Shown: one piece after another, positions 1 to 13,413 of the stretch | Numbering within the stretch: position 1 is the first letter of the stretch | Layout of the letters: each line of letters starts with the position of its first letter | Assembly (NCBI GenBank): GCA_012295275.1 | Contig: CM022677.1 | Location: forward strand, 21,762,001-21,826,000 | DNA length: 64,000 bases | Reading direction: 5' to 3' | DNA from: Chrysomallon squamiferum | Lineage: Eukaryota; Animalia; Mollusca | Notes under the pieces: generated by a model | The model's database searches: none | Seen by the model: the letters and a program-made list of their open reading frames with translations, nothing else | Told to the model about the DNA's origin: nothing | Made by a program: the position numbers and the translations under genes

Positions 1-349
1 TCTCCTGAGGAGAGGTCTGAAGCTGAACGAATTTACAAATTGTCTGTAAGTTTACTTACTTATTTTATTTGTTTATTTTTCTGTTTATTCTGTTACTTAC
101 TTACTTACTCATTTATGTACGTACATACATACTTACCTACTTACTTTTTTATTTATTTATTTATATATATTTTTACTGGTTACTTCATTTATTTATTAAT
201 TGATTTATTTATTTACCTATTTAATCATTTATTATTTATTTTTTTATCTACATATATATTTTTTATTTATTGATTTATTTATTTATCAATTTAATTATTT
301 ATTAATTATGTATTTATCAGTTTATTTATTTATTTATGTATTTATCAGT

Positions 350-384
<35 letters not shown>

Positions 385-413
385 CTTATTTATCACTTTA
401 TTTATTTATCAAT

Positions 414-448
<35 letters not shown>

Positions 449-469
449 TCAGTTTATTTATTTATCAGT

Positions 470-500
<31 letters not shown>

Positions 501-1125
501 TAACCTAATCAAGGAAAAAGCTGATATCTCAACACTGTAACCAATCATTTTTTGTTTTTACCCGGTAAACCTAAACAAGACGAAACCTAAATAAAATTAA
601 CTTTTTCTGTTTCTAACTTCACCATTCTCAGCACTATTAGGTTTACATGCTTTCTCTGTTACTGTTTGAACATAGGCAGGATAAACCTGATATCATGAGA
701 CTGTCAAAAGTGATTTCTTTTTAATCCTGTAATCCTAAATAAATTAAAGAAAAAAAAAAAAAAACTAATTTAAACTAATTTTCGTTTATTTTTCAGCTAG
801 ATACTGTTTTTAGTATTCATGCATACTGATTTGAAATTATTGCAGGATAATTATTTATAATTTCTGTAGGGCTGATTTTTTTGATTTTTTTTATTATGAT
901 TTTTTTTTTGATTTCAACATTTTAAACATTCAGTTTCATATTTATAATTTTAGTTATTATTTAATCATTATTTCATTTATCTCACACATTTTTAATGATT
1001 TTTTTTTATTTTTTTTTTATTTTATTTTTTTTATTTATTTATTTGTGTATTTATTTATTTCGTTACAGGTTTGTCAAAGTAAAAAGGTGACGAAAAAGAA
1101 GAAGAAAAGAACCAAAGAGAGATAG
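1..1125 (+). CDS. 3' end of an upstream gene (last two coding exons 1-45, 1069-1125); C-terminus ...SPEERSEAERIYKLSVCQSKKVTKKKKKRTKER*
   Basis: Open frame from base 1 to a GTAAGT donor at 46; TTACAG acceptor ending at 1068; phase-0 join stays open to TAG 1123-1125; AATAAA near 1169. 'EERxEAxRIY' resembles the helix after an LRR-cap (weak inference). Confidence 0.6.
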
Positions 1126-1503
1126 CTCCAGAAATCAGATTGGGAAAAAAATGTTCCATCTCGGTTTTAATAAAAAGATGAAAACCCGGTTTCAGAAAAA
1201 CAATCAGTTTCAAAATCTATTTGCAATACACAGTTGAAAACACTATTTATTTATTTATGTGTGTGTGTGTGTGTGTGAGACAGTGTTTTTTTTTTGGGGG
1301 GCAGGGGGTTGTTCTTTTATCTCCTTTTCTAATCTAGTGCTGTCAATTTAAAAATTGATGAATTTTTTTATTATTTTTTTTTTTTTTGTCCTTTGTGTAT
1401 GATGTAAATACAAAATCAAGATCAAGGTCATAATGTTTATTTATTTTACGAACTGCAATAGCAAAACAGGGTAATGTTTTTCAACTCAGTAAATGAGGTT
1501 TAT

Positions 1504-1562
<59 letters not shown>

Positions 1563-2492
1563 TAAGTGTTGCTGTACGTAAAATCAATTTTGTTATTTTT
1601 TTAATCATCTTTATTCTTTAAAAAATAAAAAATAAAAATCTCAGATCGTCTTGTTTTATATTTTTGACATTTCTCTGACAGTAGTTTTACTGTCGTCAGA
1701 CAATGCTTCAACACATTTTGATTATGTTGACTATGCACAGTAAAATAAACGACATAGTCTATATTATAAAAATAATAATGATGATGAAGATGATGATAAT
1801 ACTTAGGGTAATGATAATAATAATAATGTTAATAATAATAATACACACACACAGACAATCACTAAATTTAGACGTGACTAGACAGAGATAAGAACGTCAC
1901 GTCATTTCTATTTATAGATCAGGAATTCCCCCCCCAAAATATTAGTACTTTGTTTACTGGTTCCCCTGACAACAGATATATGTATAGTATTTTTCTGACA
2001 CTCCTTTCTTTATTTCTGAATACAAATGAGGTAAGCAAAGTTCTAAACATTTTACTTCTGTGAAATATACTTCATTCTTTAACACACAACGTTTGAGAGG
2101 GTCTTATTATGCTGAGGTAATTAAAACTCTAATTATTTCTTGTTTCCTTTGTGTTCTGTTCTTACCAATATATTTGTTTCCTATGTCTGTTTGTCTGTCT
2201 GTGTCCTTCGATGTTTCTTTCTGTGTATATTTATATTTTTATTTATTTATTTATTTATTTAATTATTTATTTAATTATTTATTTGTTATTCTTTTATTTT
2301 TGTTTGGAAATTTATTGATTCGTTTACTTGTTTATTTAATCACTTTTTATCTATTGTATTGTATTGTATTGCATTATTTAGTTAGTTAGTTAGTTATTAC
2401 AAATACACTATTGCACATGATTATAAAAATTGAATCTTTTCGTTTCTGAATACACTTCAGTTTATTTGTGTCATCAGACTTCTTACTTCATT

Positions 2493-2547
<55 letters not shown>

Positions 2548-2570
2548 TTTTTTATTATTATTTTTTTATT

Positions 2571-2609
<39 letters not shown>

Positions 2610-2619
2610 CAGAGGCGCA

Positions 2620-3217
2620 ATGAAATATCTGCTGATTTTCTTTGTTTGCTGTTTGCTGGTTTCATCCTGGGCGCTAGGTGTGTATATCTTCTCTCAAACC
2701 TTGCTGTAAATATAAATTATTCATTTATATCAATTAGTAGCAGCAGTAGTAGTTGTAGTAGCAGTAGTAGTAATACCAGTGGTTGCTTTAGAACATAGGT
2801 TTTCAACCTGGGGGTCGCGAGATCGTTCTTGAGCGAGGGGGGTATGGTTTAGCTTTTCTCAACTTGACTTGGAAGGAGGAGTAAATAAAAACGTGTAGAT
2901 AAGTTTTAGGACCCGTCATAGTGAACACAGTGTACTGTCTTTGTTTGACGAAAATATGGTAATCCGAGATATTATGTTGAATCAAAAAATTTAAAATGGG
3001 GTCATCGGTCATACTCAGTTGCTCACTGGGGGTCGCGGTATGAAAAGGTTGAAAACCACTGGTTTACAGGTTGTATAGTAGTAATAAGAAGAACAAGAAT
3101 AACAGTAGTGGTAGTAGTAGTTGTAGCGGTAGCAGGAGTAACGTAGTAGTTGTAGTAGTAATAATAGTTCTAGTGGTAGTACAAATGACAGTTGTAGTAT
3201 TGATGGTAGTAGTAGTG

Positions 3218-3283
<66 letters not shown>

Positions 3284-3919
3284 TAGTAGTAGTAGTAGTA
3301 GTAGTAGTAGTTGTAGTTTTAGAACCGGCAACAGTAACAATTGTAATAGTAGCAGTAGCAACAGTAGTTGTAATAATAGCAGTAGTAGTAGTAATAGTAG
3401 TAGTAGTAGTAGTATCAATAGTAGCAGTAGTAATAGTACTAACAGTAGTAGTAGTAGTAGTTGTAATAGTGACAATAGCAGTAGCAGTAGTAATAGTAGT
3501 AGTGGTAGTATCAATAGTAGCGGTAGTAATAGTAGTAACAGTAGTAGTAGTAGTTGTAATAGTGACAGTAGTAGTAGTAGTAGTAATAGTAGTAGTGGTA
3601 GTAGTTGTAGCTGTAGTAGTTGTAATAGTGACAGTAGTAGTAGTAGCAGTAGTAATAGTACTAACAGTAGTAGTAGTAGTAGTAGTTGTAATAGTGACAG
3701 TAGCAGTATTTGTATTGGAAGCTGCAGTAGTAACACTGGTTGTAGAGACAATAATTTTTGTTGTTATACAGTTAATGTGACTGTTTTTTTATTGTTGTTG
3801 TTTTTTTGTTGCTGCTGTTGTTATTGTAGTTGCTACTGCTGTTATTGTAGTTGCTTCTGTTGTTATTATCATTGTTTTGTCTTTGTTGTCATTGTTGTAC
3901 TTCTTGTTGTGGCTGTTGC

Positions 3920-3968
<49 letters not shown>

Positions 3969-4512
3969 GTCGTTCCTGTTGTTGTTGTTCTTGTTGCTAT
4001 TGTTATTATTATTATTATTTTTATTTGAATTTAATTATTATTTTTTTTTTTTTTATAAACAACTGTAGACCTGAGACTAAGCCAAACTAGCGGTGAAGCC
4101 AAAGAAGGTCAATCTCTGACCTTGACCTGTGACGTCATCAATGGTTCTCTAGTCGGAAACCTCGTTTTTAGCCGGCCCGTGAATAATACTATGGTTGCTC
4201 TTTGTAACGTAAACAGTTGCGAACCTCAAATTATTGGCTACAGCGCAAACAGAATAAGCGCAACGTCCTTCAGCGTTACTATTAATAGTCTCAATTCAGC
4301 CAACGACGTTGGTCAGTGGAGCTGTTCATGCAGTGACGCAACAGCTACAACGACGGTGGCAATAGATGGTAAGTTTACACTGGAACTTGTTGATAGGATT
4401 ACGGTCACACTTGGTAAGTTTACTGACTTCAGCCGAAGTGCCAGTCTTCACAGCCATTTTAGAATCAGTAGTAGTAACAGTAGTATTCACAACTATTATT
4501 ATTATTGCCATT

Positions 4513-4544
<32 letters not shown>

Positions 4545-4673
4545 TTATTTCTTCTCGGTTATTTTATTTTATTTTTTTCTGCCACAGAATCGAATTCAGC
4601 AACCCGCGCGCAGATCATGAGTGTTACATATCTGATCACCATGGCAACAGCGGCCATCTTAGCTGGACTCTGA
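2620..4673 (+). CDS. Small single Ig-like domain protein with signal peptide and probable GPI signal, copy 1 (exons 2620-2677, 4069-4368 or -4413, 4588-4673)
   Basis: MKYLLIFFVCCLLVSSWAL signal peptide; phase-1 GT/AG introns; Ig motifs 'EGQSLTLTC' and 'NDVGQWSCSC'; C-terminal hydrophobic tail SNSATRAQIMSVTYLITMATAAILAGL* with no cytoplasmic segment. Confidence 0.85.
2794..3061. mobile_element. hAT (Charlie-like) MITE in intron 1 of Ig gene copy 1
   Basis: Imperfect terminal inverted repeats CATAGGTTTTCAACCT...AGGTTGAAAACCACTG, subterminal GGGGGTCGCG at both ends, ~270 bp, non-coding; 8-bp TSD degenerate. Confidence 0.7.
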
Positions 4674-6004
4674 TTGTCTTCAGAGCTGTGACGTAATAAT
4701 ATTTTCTGAATGAGGACGTGACGTAATAACATTTTCTGAATGAAGACGTGACGTCAGATGTAATTTTGTTAGTTGAAAACAAATCTAACAAATAATCGCA
4801 GAACTTTTTTGTTTCATATTTCGATGTTTACTGTTTTAATTGTATTTTATATAAATAATGGTTATTATGCGCACACATCTACACGCATGCGCACATGGAG
4901 TGCGACATATGACGTTTGTGAAGTCGTATCACGACTTCATCTCGCTGAATACTTTTTCTGTGAAGTCTAACTAGTCACAGAATTTACATACACACGTACA
5001 CACATACACACATATATACACACACAGATACATACATACACACATATACACATACATACATACATACACACACACATGCATACATACACACACATACATA
5101 CATACGTACACATATACACACATACATACATACACACACACACACATACATACATACATACACACACACATACATACATACATACGTACGTACACACATA
5201 CATACATACATAGATATACACAAAAAGACAGACACACAGATTAATAAATAAATAAAATAAATAAATAAATAATAATAATAATAATAACAATAACAATAAC
5301 AATAACAATAACAATAACAACAGCAATAATAATAAAATTTCGTGCCCCTGTTATAATCACGTCTTTCCTCTTTTGTAATTAAAACTGACACATCATAGCT
5401 GACAAGAGACACTCGTGTTTAATCAAATTATTTATGAGTCCACATCGATAGATCAGATTACAAATACACCTCTTTACTGACCTACTTCCTGGTGCAAGTC
5501 ACTCAGATGCATAGGTGAGCAACGCTGTTTGTCTGTATAATCTAATACCTCTGTGTTCTTCGATATTTATTTTTCAGATAACATCTTTTATGCAGTGATT
5601 TTTCAACAAAGTTGAATATAAACTAAGTATTTGTCACTTCGAGTTTTTTCTTTTTTGATTGTTGTTTGTTGGGATTTTTTTTTTTTGTTTTGTTTGTGTG
5701 TGTGTGTTGTTGTTATTTTGTCTTTTTTTTTTACAGTTATTGTGTATATATATAAAATTCTTTATTTTATAATTCCTTTTTTGGCGTTATTTCTGTAACT
5801 ATTAATTTATTAGTTTCTGACTGATTTTATTTTTTTTGATTTCATTTGATTAGCTATTTCGATTTTTACAATTTTATTTATTTTTTTTTTTGCAATTTTT
5901 TAATTTATTTAGTTATTTTGTAATTTATTTTACATTTGTTTTAACTTTTTTGTTTTCCAGTTATTTATTTATTTGTTTATTTATTTATTTATTTATTTTT
6001 CACT

Positions 6005-6135
6005 TCATACAGTCATACATCGTTTTCCACATCCGTAGTGACAACACTTTTTGCCGTTGTTGCAGTCAGCGTCGGTGTTGCATAGGTTGACGTCCATCAC
6101 GCATCTATAATAGTTTGGTACGTCTGGACACCTGG
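6005..6135 (-). CDS. WAP-domain terminal exon B' (duplicate of 16908-17041)
   Basis: TTTCAG acceptor, phase 1; encodes RCPDVPNYYRCVMDVNLCNTDADCNNGKKCCHYGCGKRCMTV* with the 8-Cys WAP pattern; no upstream exons of its own in copy 1. Confidence 0.7.
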
Positions 6136-7710
6136 CTGAAATAACAACAACAACAACAACAATAACAACAACAACAACAATAGCAACAGTAATAATAATA
6201 ATAATAACAACAACAATAGCAACAGTAATAATCATAATAACAACAACAACAATAATAAGAAGAAGAAGAAGAAAAGTAATAATAATAATGGTAATAACAA
6301 TAACAACAATAGCAACAGTAATAATAATAATAATAACAACAACAACAATAAGAAGAAGAAGAAGAAGAAGAAAAGTAATGGTAATAATAGCAATAATAAT
6401 AACAGTGATAGTAATTAGAAATGTTAGTTGTGGCAGCAGCAGTGGTAGTAACAGTAGAAGTTGTTGTTGCAGCAGTAGTGATAGTAATAGTGGACGTTGT
6501 TGCAGCAGTAATGGTAGTAAGAGTAGAAGTTGTTGTTGCAGCAGTAATGGTAGTAAGAGTAGAAGTTGTTGTTGCAGCAGTGGTAGTAATAGTAGAAGTT
6601 GTTGTTGCAGCAGCAGTGGTAGTAATAGTGGACGTTGTTGTTGCAGCAGCAGTGGTAGTAATAGTAGAAGTTGTTGTTGCAGCAGCAGTGGCAGTAATAG
6701 TGGACGTTGTTGTTGCAGCAGCAGTGGTAGTAATAGTGGACGTTGTTGTTGCAGCAGCAGTGGTAGTAAGAGTAAAAGTTGTTGTTGCAGCAGTAGTAAT
6801 GGTAGTAGCAGTGATAGTAACTGCAATTGTCGCTGTAGTAACAGTAGTGAATGGACGAAAATAACGTCAGACAGAAATCCGAGAAAAATATGACGTCACA
6901 AACACTATGACTGTGTTTGTGACGTCAGGAGACAATAACTACGAAATTGATTAAAATTATTGACAGTATGGACGAATGGATGAATGAATGGATGGACGGA
7001 ATAAGTTGAAATGAACAAATGACTCGATATTTCTTCTTTTCTTTCTGTTTTTCTTTCTTTTCTCTTTACTTCTTCATTTCATTTATTTATTTTTTTTTCA
7101 TATTTCTCTTTTCGTGCTATCATCTTTGTTCTTTATTTTCATAGAAAACGGTTTACGATGTAATGCAAATGAGGTTTGTTATTGCAGTTGTGTTGATATC
7201 GTCGAGACGATAGTAGTAGCATTGACGTTGTTATTATTATTATTGTTGCAGTTTTATTACTAAAGATTGTTGCTGTGTTCATGACGTCGCTATAGTAGTA
7301 GTTTTCTTCTTCTTATTTATTGTTATTATTATTATTACTACTACTACTACTACTTTGTTATTAGTTTGTTATTGTTATTGTTATTGTTGTTGTTGTTTTC
7401 ATCTTCGTCGTACCGTTTTTCCTAAAGTGTACACCTTTTCCAAACAAACGTTCCATTTTGTTTTTTCTTGGAAATTCTTTTCTGCGCATATCATCCGTCT
7501 TTGTGTCTGTGCGTTTGTGTGTACATGTAGTCGTTAATGAATGCATATGTACGTATATATATATATATACACGGAAAACAGGATACATCTGTAGTGTTTT
7601 ACAAATCTTTTATTTTGCGTGTACATTTAACTCATAGCGTCACGTGTACGGTATATTTCCATATTGCACGGTTGCCTGTGTACAACGTGCTCGACATGTC
7701 TGTATGATAA

Positions 7711-7844
7711 TTACACGTTGATACATCGTTTGCCGCAGCCGTAGTAACAGCACTTCTGATTGGTCGAGCAGTCTGTGTCTGCCGAGCAGAGGTTGATGTC
7801 AACCAAGCACTTAGCTAACAGCACGTTTTTAGGACAGCTGCCCA
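7711..7844 (-). CDS. WAP-domain terminal exon A' (duplicate of 18260-18393)
   Basis: TTTACAG acceptor, phase 1; encodes GSCPKNVLLAKCLVDINLCSADTDCSTNQKCCYYGCGKRCINV* with the 8-Cys WAP pattern. Confidence 0.7.
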
Positions 7845-7874
7845 CTGTAAACGTTAACAGTATATGAACGAGAG

Positions 7875-10800
7875 AAGAAGAAGAAGAAGAAGAAGAAGAA
7901 GAAGAAGAAGAAGAAGAAGAAGAAAGAAGAGGCGACTGATCCCATAACAGTATATGAAGAAGAAGAACAAGAAGATGAAGAAGAAGAAGAAGAAAGAAGA
8001 GGCGACTGATCCCATAACAGTATATGAAGAAGAAGAACAAGAAGATGAAGAAGAAGAAGAAGAAAGAAGAGGCGACTGATCCCATAACAGTATATGAAGA
8101 AGAAGAACAAGAAGATGAAGAAGAAGAAGAAGAAAGAAGAGGCGACTGATCCCATAACAGTATATGAAGAAGAAGAAGAAGAAGAACAAGAAGATGAAGA
8201 AGAACAAGAAGAAGAAGAAAGAAGAGGCGACTGATCCCATAACAGTATATGAAGAAGAAGAACAAGAAGATGAAGAAGAAGAAGAAGAAGAAGAAAGAAG
8301 AGGCGACTGATCCCATAACAGTATATGAAGAAGAAGAACAAGAAGATGAAGAAGAAGAAGAAGAAGAAGAAGAAGAAAGAAGAGGCGACTGATCCCATAA
8401 CAGTATATGAAGAAGAAGAACAAGAAGATGAAGAAGAAGAAGAAGAAGAAGAAGAAAGAAGAGGCGACTGATCCCATAACAGTATATGAAGAAGAAGAAG
8501 AAGAAGACGAAGAAGAAGAAGAAGAAGAAGAAGAAGAAGAAGAAAGAAAGAAGAGGCGACTGATCCCATAACAGTATATGAAGAAGAAGAAGAAGAAGAA
8601 GAAGAAAGAAGAGGCGACTGATCCCATAACAGTATATGAAGAAGAAGAACAAGAAGATGAAGAAGAAGAAGAAGAAAGAAGAGGCGACTGATCCCATAAC
8701 AGTATATGAAGAAGAAGAACAAGAAGATGAAGAAGAAGAAGAAGAAAGAAGAGGCGACTGATCCCATAACAGCATATGAAGAAGAAGAACAAGAAGATGA
8801 AGAAGAAGAAGAAGAAGAAGAAGAAGAAGAAAGAAGAGGCGACTGATCCCATAACAGTATATGAAGAAGAAGAACAAGAAGATGAAGAAGAAGAAGAAGA
8901 AGAAGAAGAAAGAAGAGGCGACTGATCCCATAACAGTATATGAAGAAGAAGAACAAGAAGATGAAGAAGAAGAAGAAGAAGAAGAAAGAAGAGGCGACTG
9001 ATCCCATAACAGTATATGAAGAAGAAGAAGAAGAAGAAAGAAGAGGCGACTGATCCCATAACAGTATATGAAGAAGAAGAAGAAGAAGAAGACGAAGAAG
9101 AAGAAGAAGAAGAAGAAGAAGAAGAAGAAGAAGAAGAAGAAGAAGAAGAAGAAGAAAGAAGAGGCGACTGATCCCATAACAGTATATGAAGAAGAAGAAG
9201 AAGAAGACGAAGAAGAAGAAGAAGAAGAAGAAGAAGAAGAAGAAGAAAGAAGAGGCGACTGATCCCATAACAGTATATGAAGAAGAAGAACAAGAAGATG
9301 AAGAAGAAGAAGAAGAAGAAGAAGAAGAAAGAAGAGGCGACTGATCCCATAACAGTATATGAAGAAGAAGAAGAAGAAGACGAAGAAGAAGAAGAAGAAG
9401 AAGAAGAAGAAGAAGAAGAAGAAGAAGAAGAAGAAGAAGAAGAAAGAAGAGGCGACTGATCCCATAACAGTATATGAAGAAGAAGAAGAAGAAGAAGAAG
9501 AAGAAGAAGAAAGAAGAGGCGACTGATCCCATAACAGTATATGAAGAAGAAGAAGAAGAAACGAAGAAGAAGAAGAAGAAGAAAGAAGAGGCGACTGATC
9601 CCATAACAGTATATGAAGAAGAAGAAGAAGAAGAAGACGAAGAAGAAGAAGAAGAAGAAGAAGAAGAAGAAGAAGAAGAAGAAGAAGAAGAAGAAGAAGA
9701 AAGAAGAGGCGACTGATCCCATAAAAGTATATGAAGAAGAAGAAGAAGAAGACGAAGAAGAAGAAGAAGAAGAAGAAGAAGAAGAAGAAAGAAGAGGCGA
9801 CTGATCCCATAACAGTATATGAAGAAGAAGAAGAAGAAGAAGAAGAAGAAGAAGAAGAAGAAGAAGAAAGAAGAGGCGACTGATCCCATAACAGTATATG
9901 AAGAAGAAGAAGAAGAAGACGAAGAAGAAGAAGAAGAAAGAAGACGCGACTGATCCCATAACAGTATATGAAGAAGAAGAAGAAGAAGAAGAAGAAGAAG
10001 AAGAAGAAGAAGAAGAAAGAAGAGGCGACTGATCCCATAACAGTATATGAAGAAGAAGAAGAAGAAGAAGAAGAAGAAGAAGAAGAAGAAGAAGAAGAAG
10101 AAGAAGAAGAAGAAGAAGAAGAAGAAGAAGAAAGAAGAGGCGACTGATCCCATAACAGTATATGAAGAAGAAGAAGAAGAAGAAGAAGAAGAAGAAGAAG
10201 AAGAAAGAAGAGGCGACTGATCCCATAACAGTATATGAAGAAGAAGAAGAAGAAGACGAAGAAGAAGAAGAAGAAAGAAGACGCGACTGATCCCATAACA
10301 GTATATGAAGAAGAAGAAGAAGAAGAAGAAGAAGAAGAAGAAGAAGAAAGAAGAGGCGACTGATCCCATAACAGTATATGAAGAAGAAGAAGAAGAAGAC
10401 GAAGAAGAAGAAGAAGAAGAAGAAGAAGAAGAAGAAGAAGAAGAAGAAGAAAGAAGAGGCGACTGATCCCATAACAGTATATGAAGAAGAAGAAGAAGAA
10501 GAAAGAAGAGGCGACTGATCCCATAACAGTATATGAAGAAGAAGAAGAAGAAGACGAAGAAGAAGAAGAAGAAGAAGAAGAAGAAGAAGAAGAAGAAGAA
10601 GAAGAAAGAAGAGGCGACTGATCCCATAACAGTATATGAAGAAGAAGAAGAAGAAGAAGAAGAAGAAGAAGAAGAAGAAAGAAGAGGCGACTGATCCCAT
10701 AACAGTATATGAAGAAGAAGAAGAAGAAGACGAAGAAGAAGAAGAAGAAGAAGAAGAAGAAGAAGAAGAAGAAGAAGAAAGAAGAGGCGACTGATCCCAT

Positions 10801-11280
10801 AACAGTATATGAAGAAGAAGAAGAAGAAGAAAGAAGAGGCGACTGATCCCATAACAGTATATGAAGAAGAAGAAGAAGAAGACGAAGAAGAAGAAGAAGA
10901 AGAAGAAGAAGAAGAAGAAGAAGAAGAAGAAGAAGAAGAAAGAAGAGGCGACTGATCCCATAACAGTATATGAAGAAGAAGAAGAAGAAGAAGAAAGAAG
11001 AGGCGACTGATCCCATAACAGTATATGAAGAAGAAGAAGAAGAAGACGAAGAAGAAGAAGAAGAAGAAGAAGAAGAAGAAGAAGAAGAAGAAGAAGAAGA
11101 AGAAAGAAGAGGCGACTGATCCCATAACAGTATATGAAGAAGAAGAAGAAGAAGACGAAGAAGAAGAAGAAGAAGAAGAAGAAGAAGAAAGAAGAGGCGA
11201 CTGATCCCATAACAGTATATGAAGAAGAAGAAAAAGAAGAAGAAGAAGAAGAAGAAGAAAGAAGAGGTGACTGATGCCAA
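7875..11280. repeat. Compound minisatellite: ~41 copies of constant AGAAGAGGCGACTGATCCCATAACAGTATAT separated by variable-length (GAA)n
   Basis: Directly visible; the paralogous position (18420-18820) has a single GAA-rich tract instead. Confidence 0.95.
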
Positions 11281-12093
11281 TGGGTATAGACGTGGTACAG
11301 TGATAGAACTTCTAATAGCAACAGCAACAGCAACAGCAGTGGTAGGAGAATTAGTAGAAGACGTAGAAGTAGCAGTAGTAGTTGTAGTCGTAACAACAGT
11401 AGTGATTTATAGTTTAGTAGTAACTGTGTTAAAAAGTAGAAGAATATTTATCGTTGATGTAATTAGAAATCAGAACTGAATGTTGTCCACGCTCATGTTG
11501 ATGATGTTAGTGTAAGTGTTTGTGATGCTGATGTCGGTATCAATGTTTGTGATGATGATGGTGTCAATGTTGCTGATGTTGCTGATGTTAGTGTCAATAT
11601 TGGCAATGTTTATGATGATGGTGTCAATGTTGGTGCCAGTGCTGATGGTGATGATGTCTGTGTGTGTGTGTCTGTGTGTATGTCTGTGTGTGTGTGTCTG
11701 TGTGTGTCTGTCTGTCTGTGTGTGTGTGTGTGTGTCTGTCTGTATGTGTGTGTCTGTGTGTGTGTCTGTCTGTATGTGTGGGTGTGTGGGGGTGTGTCTG
11801 TGGGTGTGTCTGTCTGTGTGGGTGTGTGTGTGGGTGTGTCTGTGTGTGTGTCTGTCTGTATGTGTGCGGGTGTGTGTATGTGTGTGTCTGAGTGTATGTA
11901 TGTGTGTGAGTTTTTTTTGTATAACTCTCAGTATGTTGGTCTGTCAGTCTGTTTTTGCAATGCATCTATCTGTCTATTCTATCTGTCTATCTGTCTAATC
12001 TATCCGTCTATGTGTCTATTCTATCTATCTGTCTATTTAATCTTTTTTTTTTTTTTGATTTTTTGATTTGTGTGTTTATTTATTTCGTTACAG

Positions 12094-12150
12094 GTTTGTC
12101 AAAGTAAAAAGGTGACGAAAAAGAAGAAGAAAAGAACCAAAGAGAGATAG
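12094..12150 (+). pseudogene. Orphan duplicate of the upstream gene's terminal exon (copy of 1069-1125)
   Basis: Identical to 1069-1125 with acceptor and downstream AATAAA; sits at the duplication junction without upstream exons. Confidence 0.65.
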
Positions 12151-13354
12151 CTCCAGAAATCAGATTGGGAAAAAAATGTTCCATCTCGGTTTTAATAAAA
12201 AGTTACAAAAACAAACTGCTCCTATATCTGGAACTGGAGAAAAATGAAAACGTTTCTCCGTTTTATGTGTGATGTTTTTTTTTGTTTTTTTTCTATTTAA
12301 AAAGGCAGCAGACGCTTATTTTTCCTGTTCTACACTTTCTCTTTATTTTCAGTATTTTTCCAGTTCCAACCCAAGAGTGTCTGTTTTAAAAACTCCAAAC
12401 GATTTTCAGTATCCTGTAGTGTTAAATATGTTGTTTGTTTTTTCCTGGATTTTTTTTTGGGGGGGGGGGCAGGGGGGTTGGTGTTTTATCTCCTTTTCTA
12501 ATCTAGTGCTGTCAATTTAAAAAAAAAAATTGTCCTTTCAAATTCAAGATCAAGGTTATAATGTTTATTTATTTTACGAACTGCAATAGCAAAACAGGAT
12601 AATGTTTTTCAACTCAGTAAATGAGGTGTATCTGTGTGTGTGTGTGTGTGTGTGTCTAAGTGTTGCTGTACGTAAAATTAATATTGTTATTTTTTAATCA
12701 TCTTTATTCTTTAAAAAATATAAAATAAATAAAAAACAAAAATCTCAGATCGTCTTGTTTTATATTTTTGACATTTCTCTGACAGTAGTTTTACTGTCGT
12801 CAGACAATGCTTCAACACATTTTGATTATGTTGACTATGCACAGTAAAATAAATGACATAATCTATATTATAAAAGTAATGATGATGATGATGATGATGA
12901 TAATTATTGTAATGATAATAATAATGATAATTATAAGAATAATGTTAATAATAATAATACACATACACAAACATACACACAGACAATCACTAAACTTATA
13001 CGTGACTATGTAGAGATAAGAACGTCATTTCTGTTTATAGATGAGGACTTCCCCAATTTTTTTATACTTTGTTTATTTTTTCCTTGACAACAGATGTATT
13101 TATATTATCTTCAATGACACACCCTTCTTTATTTCTGAATACAGTGAGGAAAGCAAAGTTCTAAATATTTTTCCTCTGTCAAATATACTTCATTCTTTAA
13201 CACACACAGACTTAGGTCTTATCCTGAGGTAATTAAAACTCTAATTATTTCTTATTTCCTTTCTGTTCTTTTCTTACCAATATATTTGTTTCCTATGTCT
13301 GTTTGTCTGTCTGTGCATCTGTGTCTTTCGATGTTTCTTTCTGTGTATGTTTAC

Positions 13355-13413
<59 letters not shown>

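Noticed and set aside
3071-4068. Val/Leu/Tyr-rich ORFs (also 6288-6893, 14083-14983, 62046-63178)
   Set aside because: Translations of intronic GTA/ATT/GTT trinucleotide repeats.
7875-11280. CRISPR array
   Set aside because: Spacers are only (GAA)n rather than unique sequences and vary widely in length; no cas genes; eukaryotic intron context; the linker derives from local flanks.
7711-11396. Three ~1100-1190 aa minus-strand ORFs as real proteins
   Set aside because: Poly-F/L/S translations of a TTC repeat lacking stops; absent from the paralogous copy; only the final 134 nt is a credible exon.
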